A DNA stretch of 64,000 nucleotides from Leptolyngbyaceae cyanobacterium (GCA_050331235.1 JBHJHA010000026.1:1-64000), one strand, 5' to 3'. Positions 42,082-52,466 are shown, counted from the stretch's first letter. The notes: generated by a model from the sequence alone, not told the origin. A program made the numbers and translations.

Positions 42082-45000
42082 CTAGCCCCCCGATGCTTCC
42101 ATGTCCGTCATTTCATTCTCTGCTTGGCAGAGCGCTTTGATCTCTGGGTCAGCCTGACTGCTGTTAGCCACGTAGTCTGATAGCCACTGACAGCTGCTCG
42201 ATAGCAGAGCATCAATATCGTCTAGGCCTTCGGGCTCCCAGATAATTGCCCGTCCATCGCTACTGCCAGAGACTACATAGCCTTCCTGGGGTGAGATGGC
42301 AATCGCCCGCACGCCCTGGGTATGGCCTGACAGGGTAGATACGGGCTGTCCTGCGAGGGTCCACAGGCGAATCGAGTTGTCATTGCTGCCAGTGACCAGT
42401 TGCTGACCATCGGGGGTAAACGCCACGGCCAAAACGCCATCTTCGTGGCCTTCTAGGGTCGCGGTCAGCTCCCCGGTCTCGACATCCCACAAATTCACCG
42501 TGTTGTCATAACTGGCAGTGGCCAAGCGATCGCCATCGGGACTGAACTGAGCATCTAAGACCCAGCTTTGGTGCTCCCTGAGAACCCTTGGCTCAGCCTG
42601 GGCAATATCCTCGACCGGCCAAATTTTGGTCAAGTGGTCCCATCCGGTTGTGACAACATACTGACCATCGGGACTGAAATCTACCCCAAAGGCCCCATCG
42701 CGATGGGCATCTACCTGGGCGATGAGCGTGCCATCAAGACGCCACAGGCGCAGCGAGTGATCTTCGCCGACGGAGGCAATGATCTCGCCTCCTGGGTGAA
42801 ACGCCACACCGTTGACGCTGCCCACATGTCCTGAGAAAGCTTGAGACGTTGGACTCTCAGCGTCTAGGTTATCCCACAGGCGCACCGTTCCGTCGGTGCT
42901 GGCAGACGCTAAGCGAATGTCCGTTGGGCTAAAGGCGATCGCGTTAACCGAATTGGTATGTCCCTGTAGAATCTTGCGATAATCGCTCCCTTCCTCTTTC
43001 CACAGGCGAATAGTCCCATCGATGCCACCAGAGGCAATGAGGTCTCGCTGGGCAGCAGCGGCGACAGCATTCACGGGCCCATCATGGCCCAGCAGCACGT
43101 GGAGATTGTGCTGCGATAAATCCCATAGGCGCACGGCATGGTCCCCGCCGGAAGTCGCGATCAACCCGCCATCAGGGCTGATGGCCAACGCGGCAATCAA
43201 GCCAGTGTGGCCATATAAGCTGGCAGCAGGCGTCCCATCCAACTTCCAGATCCGAACGACTTTGTCATCGCCTACGGTAATCAGCTGCTCACCGTCAGGG
43301 GTGAATTGAACGTTGTAAATGGGCCCCTCATGTCCGGGAAATGTCCGAATTAGAGACTGCGTGGTTAGATCAAACAGCTTGACTTGGCGATCAGCGCCCA
43401 CTGAAGCCAAGGTTTTGCCATCAGGACTAAGATCAATCGCAATCACCGCTGAGGAGCCTTCTTGCAGCTGGCCCACTGGCTCACCCGTCGCCTGCCACAC
43501 ATAAACGTTGCCTTGCTCATCACCGGCAATAACTTGGTTGTCAGCCGTCCAGACCAATGCTTGAAAGCCGCCGATATCTCCTGTCAACGTGGTGATCAAC
43601 TCACCGGTCAGCGTCCAGATTTTTACCGTAGCATCCTCGCTGGCAGTGGCCACCAGGTTTCCGGTCGGGGCAAACGCCACAGCTCGGGCTGGCTGTTTGT
43701 GCGCTTGCCACCCGGCTTCTAGCTGACCATCATGGGTCCACAGGTGTAGCGAGCCCTCCGCATCCACGGCTGCCAGGCGATCGCCATCCGGCGCAAAGTC
43801 TACGTCCAACAGCGGACTACCTGTTCCCAGCAGGGTATTGAGCAAAGTCCCGTCCAAGGCCCATAGGCGAACATTAGCATCGGCGCTGACTGAAGCTAGC
43901 TTTTGCTCATCGGGGCTAAAGGCCACCTCCCAGACAGTACCAGTATGGCCGACCAGTCGATTGCGCTCGCGGACCCAGTACAAAGTTTGCTGGAGCGCAC
44001 TCAAAACTTGCGCTCTGATCTGTTCATTGGGCTGTTCTGCGTCGAGGGATTGAAATAGCTGACCGGCTTGGGTTGCCGACAGCAACGCATCAAACCGACG
44101 ATTGGACAAAAATAGGGCGAGTGCGGATTGGCTTAGGGCCTTGATTTGCGACTGCTCGGCTAGCTTCTGAGCAGTTTGAGCCTTGCGGGAGAGGCCCCAA
44201 CTCATGATGCCCATAGCGATCGCCAACACCGAGGCCGCTGTGACCAGCTGCAGCCAGCGCTGCTGACCGGCGATCGCTGCTTTTTGCCGCGCTAGTTCAG
44301 CATCTCGAACGGCGGATTCGACCTCGGCACTGGCAATGACATATTGATGGTGCAAAGCGGTTGGTCGAGGTTCCTGATCTTTGCCTTGGGCCAAGTATCG
44401 ATGAGCCCGTTCGAGATCGGCCCCCCGCAGCAGATAGCTGCTATCGCGGTTATTACGGTCCCACTCCAGGGCCCGCACCAGTAGTCGCGTATGGGTGCGA
44501 ACATAGTCTAAATCTTGGTCAAGGGCCTCCAGCAAACTCTTAAAGCCTTGCTGAAAGTCATCCTGAGTCCGTAGAAAAATCCAGTTCAACCGCGCTAATT
44601 CAGGATGCACCTGATCAGGCTGGACATCCTGACACACTAATGGCACCAGCCGTTTGTTGTGCCGCAGCGCCTCTTCAATTTCCTGACCACAGACCTTGGA
44701 GGCCACCGAGTCAGGGCTTAGAACAAAGACAAAGGTATCCGCCAGTTCGATGCCCAGCTGAATCTCTTGCCACCAGTCCACAGCCACTGGAATATTTTCC
44801 CAATCGACCCAGACCTCGCGCCCGGTGGCATCTAATGCGGCATACAGCTCCTGGACAAACTCTTTGTTACGCCGGGAATAGGAGATAAATACATTCGCCT
44901 GCTTAGTATCACCATCCAAGATCTCCCAAACATCCGTCGGCATCTGACGCCCCGATTTGGGAGCGAGCTTGACGCGATACAGGGTGTCGCCTTGTCGGTC

Positions 45001-45243
45001 AATGGTTTTGAGTAGTCCCGCTTGAGTAAGTTGCTGCAGGCTCGCCTGCACCTGCGATGGTTCTTGCTGAATGTTGCCCGCGATTGTTTCGGCATTTGCC
45101 TCATAATGCCGCAGCAACCAATTGACCAGCGACTGCTGCTCGGGCGGCATGGTCAAGATATCAGCCACCTTGAGCCCTGGAAGACGCGATCGCCGGCCAG
45201 TCGATTTACTTTTTAGCAACGCATCGAGCGCATCTTCTGCCAT
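42082..45243 (-). CDS. wHTH - TIR - TM - WD40 (14 repeats) protein
   Basis: VFISYSR..VWVDW...FVFVLSPDSVASKVC.QE TIR; TM near aa 340-360; 14 GH...W repeats counted by eye. Confidence 0.92.
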   Translation of the reverse strand: MAEDALDALLKSKSTGRRSRLPGLKVADILTMPPEQQSLVNWLLRHYEANAETIAGNIQQEPSQVQASLQQLTQAGLLKTIDRQGDTLYRVKLAPKSGRQMPTDVWEILDGDTKQANVFISYSRRNKEFVQELYAALDATGREVWVDWENIPVAVDWWQEIQLGIELADTFVFVLSPDSVASKVCGQEIEEALRHNKRLVPLVCQDVQPDQVHPELARLNWIFLRTQDDFQQGFKSLLEALDQDLDYVRTHTRLLVRALEWDRNNRDSSYLLRGADLERAHRYLAQGKDQEPRPTALHHQYVIASAEVESAVRDAELARQKAAIAGQQRWLQLVTAASVLAIAMGIMSWGLSRKAQTAQKLAEQSQIKALSQSALALFLSNRRFDALLSATQAGQLFQSLDAEQPNEQIRAQVLSALQQTLYWVRERNRLVGHTGTVWEVAFSPDEQKLASVSADANVRLWALDGTLLNTLLGTGSPLLDVDFAPDGDRLAAVDAEGSLHLWTHDGQLEAGWQAHKQPARAVAFAPTGNLVATASEDATVKIWTLTGELITTLTGDIGGFQALVWTADNQVIAGDEQGNVYVWQATGEPVGQLQEGSSAVIAIDLSPDGKTLASVGADRQVKLFDLTTQSLIRTFPGHEGPIYNVQFTPDGEQLITVGDDKVVRIWKLDGTPAASLYGHTGLIAALAISPDGGLIATSGGDHAVRLWDLSQHNLHVLLGHDGPVNAVAAAAQRDLIASGGIDGTIRLWKEEGSDYRKILQGHTNSVNAIAFSPTDIRLASASTDGTVRLWDNLDAESPTSQAFSGHVGSVNGVAFHPGGEIIASVGEDHSLRLWRLDGTLIAQVDAHRDGAFGVDFSPDGQYVVTTGWDHLTKIWPVEDIAQAEPRVLREHQSWVLDAQFSPDGDRLATASYDNTVNLWDVETGELTATLEGHEDGVLAVAFTPDGQQLVTGSNDNSIRLWTLAGQPVSTLSGHTQGVRAIAISPQEGYVVSGSSDGRAIIWEPEGLDDIDALLSSSCQWLSDYVANSSQADPEIKALCQAENEMTDMEASGG

Positions 45244-45363
45244 GACACACCTGATTTCTGACACTCTCTGCAGTTAAGACGATACAGCCTGGAGCTGAGA
45301 CTGTCTCTAATGATATCGAAGCAACATGATTGACTTGACTTTGGTGGCTTGTCTGCCTTGTCG

Positions 45364-46143
45364 CTAGCCCATCAGCAACATTTTTAAGTCTTGGATAAAG
45401 TCAGCTGGACGGTTGTCCAAATCAATTGCGGTCAGCAACTCATCTGACGCATTGACCAACTTAGCAATGCGCGGATCATCAATGGCTTTGCCCTCAACCA
45501 CTTTGTAATGCAGCGCTTCCACGATATCATCGGCCACCCGTCCCGTCCCGGCGACAATCACAATCTCTCGGCCAGCCGCCACGCTAGCATAGGCATCTTG
45601 TACGGTGACCGAGCCACCATTGATCAAAATGGTCATCGACTCATGTTGACCGGACAGATGAGTCGCAATCTCGGATATCCAAGGGGACTCGTCGCCCCAC
45701 TGCTCACCTGGCACCAAAATGCAGTGGGTATGGTTGGGCTCGAGGGTCGAGGCATCGGGGTGATCGACGGCTTGGTCCGGCAAGTTGACGAGCGATCGCG
45801 GTGCCACCCCAATCAATGGAAAGTTGCCGTTAATCGCCGTTCGGGCTTTGCCCATCAGCCGCATCACCCCGGCATCAGTACCCCCGTCTAGCACACATAG
45901 CTGCATTTCCTGGGCTAGCGGCGCTAGCACCCGGAGAAACAGACTATCAAGTTGAGTTTGTTGATCGTCATCCAGTCCGCTTGCGCCACCGACAATCACT
46001 AAGGTCGTTCGGGGTTCCGAAAGACCCGCTTTGTCTAAAAATTCAGCGACGTCATCGATTTGCTCAACGAAGCCTACCCGAATTCCATCGTGGGTAGGGT
46101 CTGGTTGTTGGAGCAGTTGATAAGTCTGAACAGGGGTTGGCAT
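45364..46143 (-). CDS. Stand-alone SLOG domain protein of the TRPM-related prokaryotic (LSDAT-like) type
   Basis: LVIVGGA, VLDGGTDAGVMRLMG, LIGVAP, LEPNHTH.ILVPG..WGDE, LINGG, GTGRVAD. Confidence 0.85.
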   Translation of the reverse strand: MPTPVQTYQLLQQPDPTHDGIRVGFVEQIDDVAEFLDKAGLSEPRTTLVIVGGASGLDDDQQTQLDSLFLRVLAPLAQEMQLCVLDGGTDAGVMRLMGKARTAINGNFPLIGVAPRSLVNLPDQAVDHPDASTLEPNHTHCILVPGEQWGDESPWISEIATHLSGQHESMTILINGGSVTVQDAYASVAAGREIVIVAGTGRVADDIVEALHYKVVEGKAIDDPRIAKLVNASDELLTAIDLDNRPADFIQDLKMLLMG

Positions 46144-46561
46144 ATGTTTTAGGGGCAACGCTCAAACTACTAACAGATTTCAGCTTGGGCAGTAGGCTGA
46201 CTGACGCGATCAAGCAGTAAGACATCAGTACCTAATTGCACACGGTAAAAATAGATGCGGCTGGTCAGTTTGAAAATACCCAAACTAAGGACATCAGTTT
46301 GCATAGTTTTAACAATCAATATTATCTGAGCCCCTCTGACGCAGGCGCTTCGCGATATCAAAGTTGATAACTCAGTTGCGCAGATGACCCAATGGCCTCC
46401 GACGTTGGTTTGAGTTCAATCGTTGGAAGCAATTTGGCTCATCATTTCGCCAATGTTCAGTGGGTTTATCCCCCAAGGTCTCGGGCATTCCTTATTCACG
46501 CTCAGCAGGGAAGTAGGAGCCGTACTATGATGACAGTGAAAGCTTAATTTTTGTAAATATC

Positions 46562-47197
46562 TTGACTTCGGCTGTCAAACTTTCCCAAGCGATTCCATGT
46601 TCTACCGGCTGGTTTGCCCTTGATATTTTGTGGCAGGGAGGTGGCAGTGTTGTTAAACGTGGCCTCCCCCATGATCAGCTCTCACCCGCGTGGCAAATTC
46701 TCATGCTGGGAGATGGCTCACCCACTCGACATTTACAGTTGCTGACCCGCGAGAGTACAGAGGTGGATGTCATTGATATGTCTGCCATTGGCATGGATCG
46801 CGATCGCGCGCCCAAAATCATCGAAGCGGTGCCGGGCCCACGGCTACGCCGACAGGTGTGGCTGCGGACGGCCTCGGGGCAGCGCTTGGCGTATGCCACG
46901 TCATGGTGGGAGGCCAGCCACGTCGATGAATATTTGCAAAATCGTTCCTTGCCGATTTGGGCAAGTTTGACTCGCATTCGGGCAGAGCTGTACCGTGACA
47001 TTCGCGGCATCTACTATGGTCATTCGCATCCCCTAGAGATTGCCTTTGGTGAACGCGGCCCATTTTGGGGGCGTCACTATCTGTTTTGGCACAATGGCAA
47101 GCCGTTAACGCTGATTTATGAAGTGTTTTCACCTTATTTAGCTCGGTATTTGGGACCGATGCGGTCTGAGGTCACGGTGGAACACTCCCAGTCATAA
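46562..47197 (+). CDS. DUF98 / chorismate pyruvate-lyase-like (UbiC-like) protein
   Basis: LGDGSPTRHL, RRQVWL, YATSWW, WGRHY, IYEVFSP. Confidence 0.88.
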   Translation: MTSAVKLSQAIPCSTGWFALDILWQGGGSVVKRGLPHDQLSPAWQILMLGDGSPTRHLQLLTRESTEVDVIDMSAIGMDRDRAPKIIEAVPGPRLRRQVWLRTASGQRLAYATSWWEASHVDEYLQNRSLPIWASLTRIRAELYRDIRGIYYGHSHPLEIAFGERGPFWGRHYLFWHNGKPLTLIYEVFSPYLARYLGPMRSEVTVEHSQS

Positions 47198-47256
47198 AGA
47201 CTGTGCTAGCTGGATGACAGTCACCCTCTTCAGATAGTCAGCTTTAATTTCCCCGA

Positions 47257-48645
47257 TTAGCGGTTATTCAACGGTGGGACTGACTGTAAAACGTGACTGG
47301 TACCACTAAATTGGGGTCGGCAATTTTTTTTAGGTGACGGATGCAGCATCGGCCTCAGGGTGGCAGTCTTGGACGGTTCATGGAAATTGGTGATCGCCGA
47401 CTGACAGGGTAGCTGTCGCTGCCGCAAATTTTCTAAGGCGACTGGCTGAACAATCGTTATCCCTGGCTGTTGCGAGCCGTGTAAATAAATGCTCTGGTTT
47501 GACAATGTTGCCGTGTAAAACCCTAAACGTCCGACTAGAGGGGGGCTTTCGGCAGCCCGATCCAGGGCCGTCAAGTGTTGAGCCCGCATAAGGATCAGTC
47601 GCTCCCGGAGGTCTTGGGGTAGGGCGGGGTGCTGGGCGATCGCTTTGGCCATCGTGAGCGCTGGCTTCCAGTCACCCTTATTGGCGAACTTCTCCGCTGT
47701 GATGAGTAGTTCACGACTCCAGCGGTCAACCACTAACTGTACGGCTGGCCAGAGATAGGTATCAGTGGCTATTTGGCTCGCCAAGGCGATCGCTGCCGCC
47801 TGATCATCGGGGGTGTCAGACCAGAGATGTTGCGCGTAATTCCACAGTCGAGTAGCGTGGCGCTCGGCCTCAATTTGCTGCTGAAGCTGCTGGGCGACGG
47901 GCAACGGCGCAGTTGAATGTTCCAACGACTGTATCTGCCACAACAATGTGTAAGCAGTGGCCCAATCACTCTGTTGTAAGGCCCTTTGGGCTGTGTCATG
48001 CAGCCCCTGGACTGCTGTGATCTGCTCGGTTCGGACAACTTGAAACAAGGTTTGCGCGTCTTGATATCGAGGGCTGCTGGCCGGCACTTGAGCCACTAGT
48101 TTAAGTGCGGCGACCCAGTCGCCCACCTTCCTGGCCTGCTCAGCCTCTCGCAAAACGGGCCTTGACCATTGCTCCAGCAAGTCTTGACCTTCTCCAAACA
48201 GCGGCTGCTGTGGTTGCCAGTGGCCGACCCAAGCTAACCCCTGTCGAGTTGCCTGGCGATCGCCTGCAGTGATGGCCGTTTGCAGGCAAGTCACGTGGTT
48301 CCGGATAGTCGCTGAAGATAACTGGGAACAGTCCAGTTCTGCCGGGACCGTCGCCAGATGCGAAAAGGCAGTAGCGCCCACTGTTCCGGTTAGGCCAAGG
48401 ATGACTAGACTGCCAGTTATCCAGTTATAGGTCAGGTGATGAGCGGTCTGCAGTAGCGGCTCCCAGACTGTCGGCAGTTCTTCCTGAGGTCTCTCCCAGG
48501 TTGCCGCTGCCGCAACTGACAGGGCCGTAGCGGTGAGAGGCTCGGCTTGCAAAAACCGCTGCCAGCGGGTCAAGTCATCATAAATCGGTAAATCAATAAT
48601 GCCGGCCGGAGTAGCGCAGGCAAGACAAGCAGACGGCATAGTCAT
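47257..48645 (-). CDS. Membrane-anchored alpha-helical hypothetical protein, likely a distant paralog of 38903-40924
   Basis: TM followed by P..DC...V.C, HWQPQQPLF..Q.LLEQWS, VPASSPRYQDAQ. Confidence 0.7.
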   Translation of the reverse strand: MTMPSACLACATPAGIIDLPIYDDLTRWQRFLQAEPLTATALSVAAAATWERPQEELPTVWEPLLQTAHHLTYNWITGSLVILGLTGTVGATAFSHLATVPAELDCSQLSSATIRNHVTCLQTAITAGDRQATRQGLAWVGHWQPQQPLFGEGQDLLEQWSRPVLREAEQARKVGDWVAALKLVAQVPASSPRYQDAQTLFQVVRTEQITAVQGLHDTAQRALQQSDWATAYTLLWQIQSLEHSTAPLPVAQQLQQQIEAERHATRLWNYAQHLWSDTPDDQAAAIALASQIATDTYLWPAVQLVVDRWSRELLITAEKFANKGDWKPALTMAKAIAQHPALPQDLRERLILMRAQHLTALDRAAESPPLVGRLGFYTATLSNQSIYLHGSQQPGITIVQPVALENLRQRQLPCQSAITNFHEPSKTATLRPMLHPSPKKNCRPQFSGTSHVLQSVPPLNNR

Positions 48646-48726
48646 TCAGATAAAGGGGGTTAGCATCCCTTTTCACCCTCAATGGGAAAAATCCCGGAGA
48701 AGCTACAGGCCCAGCAGGCCAAAAAT

Positions 48727-50265
48727 TTAGTTGAGTCCTAGCTCTTTGATAAGTTTCTGATGGTTGGCGGTCGAGGTCAAAGTATTGGCGGTAATGAAGC
48801 CGCTCGCGGCCACCGCTGGCAAGCCAATGCCAGGAAAGGTTGAATCGCCGCAGCAGAACAGCCCTTCAATGGGCGTCTGAGGACCCGGAAAAATCGCTTG
48901 TCCAGCGGCGATCGCCGGACCATAACTCCCTTGGTAACGCCGCAAAAATCGTTCGTGGGTCAGCGGTGTGCCCACTAACTCAACCTCGACGCGATCGCGA
49001 ATGTCAGGAATAATCCGCTCTAGGGCTCGCCACATCACCTGGCTACGCTGTTGCTTAAGCTGTCGATAGGCTTCGCTGCGCCGATCTAGTCCTTGCCAAA
49101 CTTTGTAAGGCTCATTCCCTGGGGTATACACATGGATTGTTTCTTTCCCCAGTGGCGCAACTGAGGGATCAAGACGCGAGGGAATGGAAACCAGCACCAC
49201 GTTTTGCGGGGCCGTCACGCCCGCATCCCAGTCATTAACCACAATGTGATGACAGGCTAAGTTTGTAGCCAGTCCAGCCCCATCAATGCCTAAATGCAAG
49301 TGCATAAAGCTATCGCAGGCCGGAATGGACTGCCGCTGTTGGCGGAGCGATCGCGCTGCGGGATGGTCGGGCAGTAGCGACAGCGTATCCCAAATCGATG
49401 CGCCGGCTACTACTGCCCGCCGGGCCATCATCGTTTCCCCAGATTGGAGGCGGACGCCGGTGGCGCGATCGCCCGCCATGAGAATTTGCTCAACATGGGC
49501 CCCCAACCGCAGTTGACCACCATATTTTTCCAGCCCTCTCACCAGAGCAGATACTAACGCCCCGCTACCCCCCACCGGATAGTCGAGCTGTACACCAGGG
49601 CGATACCAGTCGGCAAACATGAAGGCCATTTCTGCAGCGCTTGTTTGGGCGGCCGGCAGTCCCGATAGCAAAAAGCACAGTAAATCGAGCCAGTGCCGCA
49701 GAAACTCGTCGCTGACGACCCGATCCATTAATCGACTAAAGGGGCCAGTCAGGTCCAGTAGGCGAGGAGTATGGCTCAACATTTTGCCCGCGAAGGGCAG
49801 CAGCGTCTGTAACACGCCCCAGTCGAACCGCACTGCTGCCGGAGGGAGGGCGATCGCCGCTTCGCCATAGGGTTTCATCAACGCTTGCAGTGTTCTCCAC
49901 TGCTGCACTGCCTCACCACCGCGCAGGGTCATCAAGACATCGCAAAACTGATCGGCCCCGACTTGGGTGTCAAAGGTGCCCTCGGGCAAGCAGCAGCCCC
50001 AGGTATCGTAGGTTTTCCATTCTGCATCTTCGCCAATGGCGTCCAACACTTGACGGAGGGGATTCGCCGATGGGCGATAGGACAGCCCCGAATACAGTGA
50101 CGGACCGGAGTCAAATGTAAACCCCTTGCGCTCAAAGCCGTGGGCCGCGCCCCCCGGAATCGTATGGCTCTCACAGACAGTCACCTGAAAGCCATAGCGG
50201 GCAAGCAGCGCCGCACAGCTCAAGCCTCCAATACCGCTGCCAATCACAACGATGTCCGTATTCAT
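48727..50265 (-). CDS. Phytoene desaturase / carotenoid isomerase family FAD oxidoreductase
   Basis: IGSGIGGL Rossmann motif, FDSGPSL, GTPLTH.RFL, CGDSTFPGIGLPAVAASG. Confidence 0.9.
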   Translation of the reverse strand: MNTDIVVIGSGIGGLSCAALLARYGFQVTVCESHTIPGGAAHGFERKGFTFDSGPSLYSGLSYRPSANPLRQVLDAIGEDAEWKTYDTWGCCLPEGTFDTQVGADQFCDVLMTLRGGEAVQQWRTLQALMKPYGEAAIALPPAAVRFDWGVLQTLLPFAGKMLSHTPRLLDLTGPFSRLMDRVVSDEFLRHWLDLLCFLLSGLPAAQTSAAEMAFMFADWYRPGVQLDYPVGGSGALVSALVRGLEKYGGQLRLGAHVEQILMAGDRATGVRLQSGETMMARRAVVAGASIWDTLSLLPDHPAARSLRQQRQSIPACDSFMHLHLGIDGAGLATNLACHHIVVNDWDAGVTAPQNVVLVSIPSRLDPSVAPLGKETIHVYTPGNEPYKVWQGLDRRSEAYRQLKQQRSQVMWRALERIIPDIRDRVEVELVGTPLTHERFLRRYQGSYGPAIAAGQAIFPGPQTPIEGLFCCGDSTFPGIGLPAVAASGFITANTLTSTANHQKLIKELGLN

Positions 50266-50494
50266 ATCGGTCTCAGCGTCTACATCTCCGTCGTTATCCT
50301 AACGCTGGCAACCCGCTGTATAGCCTCCCAACTCTGCACTTAGAGACTATTCTGGAACCGTCTCCTTAGCTGAGCGCCGTTTCAGTAAAGACTTCTAGCA
50401 GCAACAAAACATTGAATTGCGATCGCCGACTGATTCATACATAAAACGAACGCCCTGGATAAATCATCGCTTCACGCCGAAGCCTAAGAGCGAT

Positions 50495-51046
50495 TTAGGC
50501 TCTCTGCTGTAGTTGCTGATTGATCGCCTTTAGATCAAAGCGCTCCGGGTCAAAGTCGCCACCCACCCACTCAATCAGATCCTCATATTCCGGGTCTTCT
50601 GGATCGGACAAACGCTCCAAAATTTCATTGTAGCCCCAGATGCCGCCAGAGTTTTCCGGTGGACAAGCGCGCTCACCTTCCAAACAAATGGGGAGCTGAG
50701 TGATGTCATCCGGGGTCAAAGACCGCTCTAAGCCCACCCGATGTAACCAGCCATCGCCCAGATCGTAGGTGTAGATAAAGGTTTCACCCTTGTTGAGTGG
50801 CAGTGCGGCGAGCTGAATTCAGCCTGCATCTTGTGTGTCGGGCAACGGTGCGCTGTCCAGACGGGAGTAGCGATCGCCCCCAATCACAAACTCGTAGAGG
50901 TGACTATTTTGCCAACCCATCACCACCTGCACAACCTGGTGAAACTGATCCAGCGTGAGTTGATTACTTACCTGAAATCGTCGCCAAATCGGTGGGTCGC
51001 TATCTACTAACCAAATGAAAAACTGTAAGCCGCTAGCCACAAGCAT
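50495..51046 (-). pseudogene. pRiA4b ORF3-family gene with one in-frame TGA (50819-50821)
   Basis: PPIWRRF..., MGWQNSHLYEF, then TGA, then in-frame YTYDLGDGW and GERACPPENSGG..GY. Confidence 0.85.
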
Positions 51047-51053
51047 CCCCCCG

Positions 51054-52466
51054 TTATAAACTGGAGCTGGTCCCGTACTCATCTAGCCAGTCTTGCCCCA
51101 GCTGAATCGTGATATCAGAGTCAAGAATGCCGGTGCTTTCCACGCGTACCTCTCCGAGGCCCAAAAAGCGCTGCAGTGTTTCAGCACTCGCCAAATCGCC
51201 GTTTTGCGCCACCACTCGGGTAATCGGCAGCTCTTCGTTCCAGTCTCGTTCAACGTAAACGTTGTAGTAGCCGCTGTCGTAGAGCGTCTGCACAAGGCTG
51301 TCTACCGCGATCGCATCGCCGGTGCTGTCCTGAATAGCGATGCGTAAATATTGCGGATCTTCAGATGCGGCTACCTGGCGCGTACCATAGCCAAAGTATT
51401 CCGCCACCATGCTGTCAATATCGGAAAGATTCGGTAGCCAATAGCTCAGCTCAAAATCGTTAGAGCTACTAAAGTCACCAGGCAACATTAACATCTGCAC
51501 ATTGTAAGAATTAGTTTTAGAGGCATACCCTGACAGCGCCAGTAGTTCCTCAACACTCAAGTTAGTGTCTACATGGGACTGAATCACCGAGAGAATTTTG
51601 GGCAGTCGCGCGATTGTTTTGGGGTTTAACGCCTGCTCCAATACCGCCCGCATCATCATCTGCTGTCGCTGGATACGACCGATGTCGCCGTAATCGTCAT
51701 AACGAAAACGCAAGAACTGAAGAGCTTTATCTCCATCTAGCGTTTGTTCACCCGCCTTGAGATTGATATAGAGGTGCTGGCTATCGTCCTGGTACTTCAT
51801 ATCTTTGGGCACGTTCACCGTGACGCCACCCAAGGCGTCTATCAGCTTCTCTACTCCCTGCACATTGATGCGCACGTAGCGATCAATTTCGATGCCCCCG
51901 AGCAAATCGCTCACTGACTTGGCCGATAGCGCCGGACCACCCAGTTGATTGGCCTCGTTCAGCTTCGTCATCTGCCCCTGCACCAGCGTGCGGGTGTCAC
52001 GGGGCAAAGACAACACCACTAGCTGATCCGTATGTGGATTGAAGCGGATGAGCAACATCGTGTCGGATAAACCATCGAAGGAATTGACCAGGGCGTGGTA
52101 GCCCAAGTCACGGGCCTCTGGCGGCAAGTCATCCACATCAGTGGTCAGCACCTTCATCCCCAGCACCAAAATATTGACAGGCCGGGTCAATCTGGGCACT
52201 TGCAGACTCTTACCCTCAGTGATTGGCTCATCCTGATTAAAAAAAGCGGCTTCTTCCTCAGTCAGGCTGTCATGCAGTAGTGGCGTACTGCTAAGGGAAA
52301 CGGCTAAAAACGCACCGCCCACCGCCGACACCATGGCCACGCTGACTAAAGCTACGCTGACCCCTAGCCATTTAGGAATCCGCAATTTGGGTTTATGAGC
52401 CGATGGATGGGGCTGGTAGTGACGAATGGGACGAGAAGACTTTCGATTGGACACAAGGAACCTCAA
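51054..52466 (-). CDS. LCP (LytR-CpsA-Psr) family protein with LytR C-terminal domain
   Basis: SDTMLL, LSLPRDT, IDALGGV, RFRYD..GDIGRIQRQQ, C-terminal SDITIQLGQDW. Confidence 0.93.
   Translation of the reverse strand: MRFLVSNRKSSRPIRHYQPHPSAHKPKLRIPKWLGVSVALVSVAMVSAVGGAFLAVSLSSTPLLHDSLTEEEAAFFNQDEPITEGKSLQVPRLTRPVNILVLGMKVLTTDVDDLPPEARDLGYHALVNSFDGLSDTMLLIRFNPHTDQLVVLSLPRDTRTLVQGQMTKLNEANQLGGPALSAKSVSDLLGGIEIDRYVRINVQGVEKLIDALGGVTVNVPKDMKYQDDSQHLYINLKAGEQTLDGDKALQFLRFRYDDYGDIGRIQRQQMMMRAVLEQALNPKTIARLPKILSVIQSHVDTNLSVEELLALSGYASKTNSYNVQMLMLPGDFSSSNDFELSYWLPNLSDIDSMVAEYFGYGTRQVAASEDPQYLRIAIQDSTGDAIAVDSLVQTLYDSGYYNVYVERDWNEELPITRVVAQNGDLASAETLQRFLGLGEVRVESTGILDSDITIQLGQDWLDEYGTSSSL

Noticed and set aside
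50819..50821. Selenocysteine recoding of the in-frame TGA
   Set aside because: Codon lies in a variable linker rather than at a conserved Cys position; no evident SECIS
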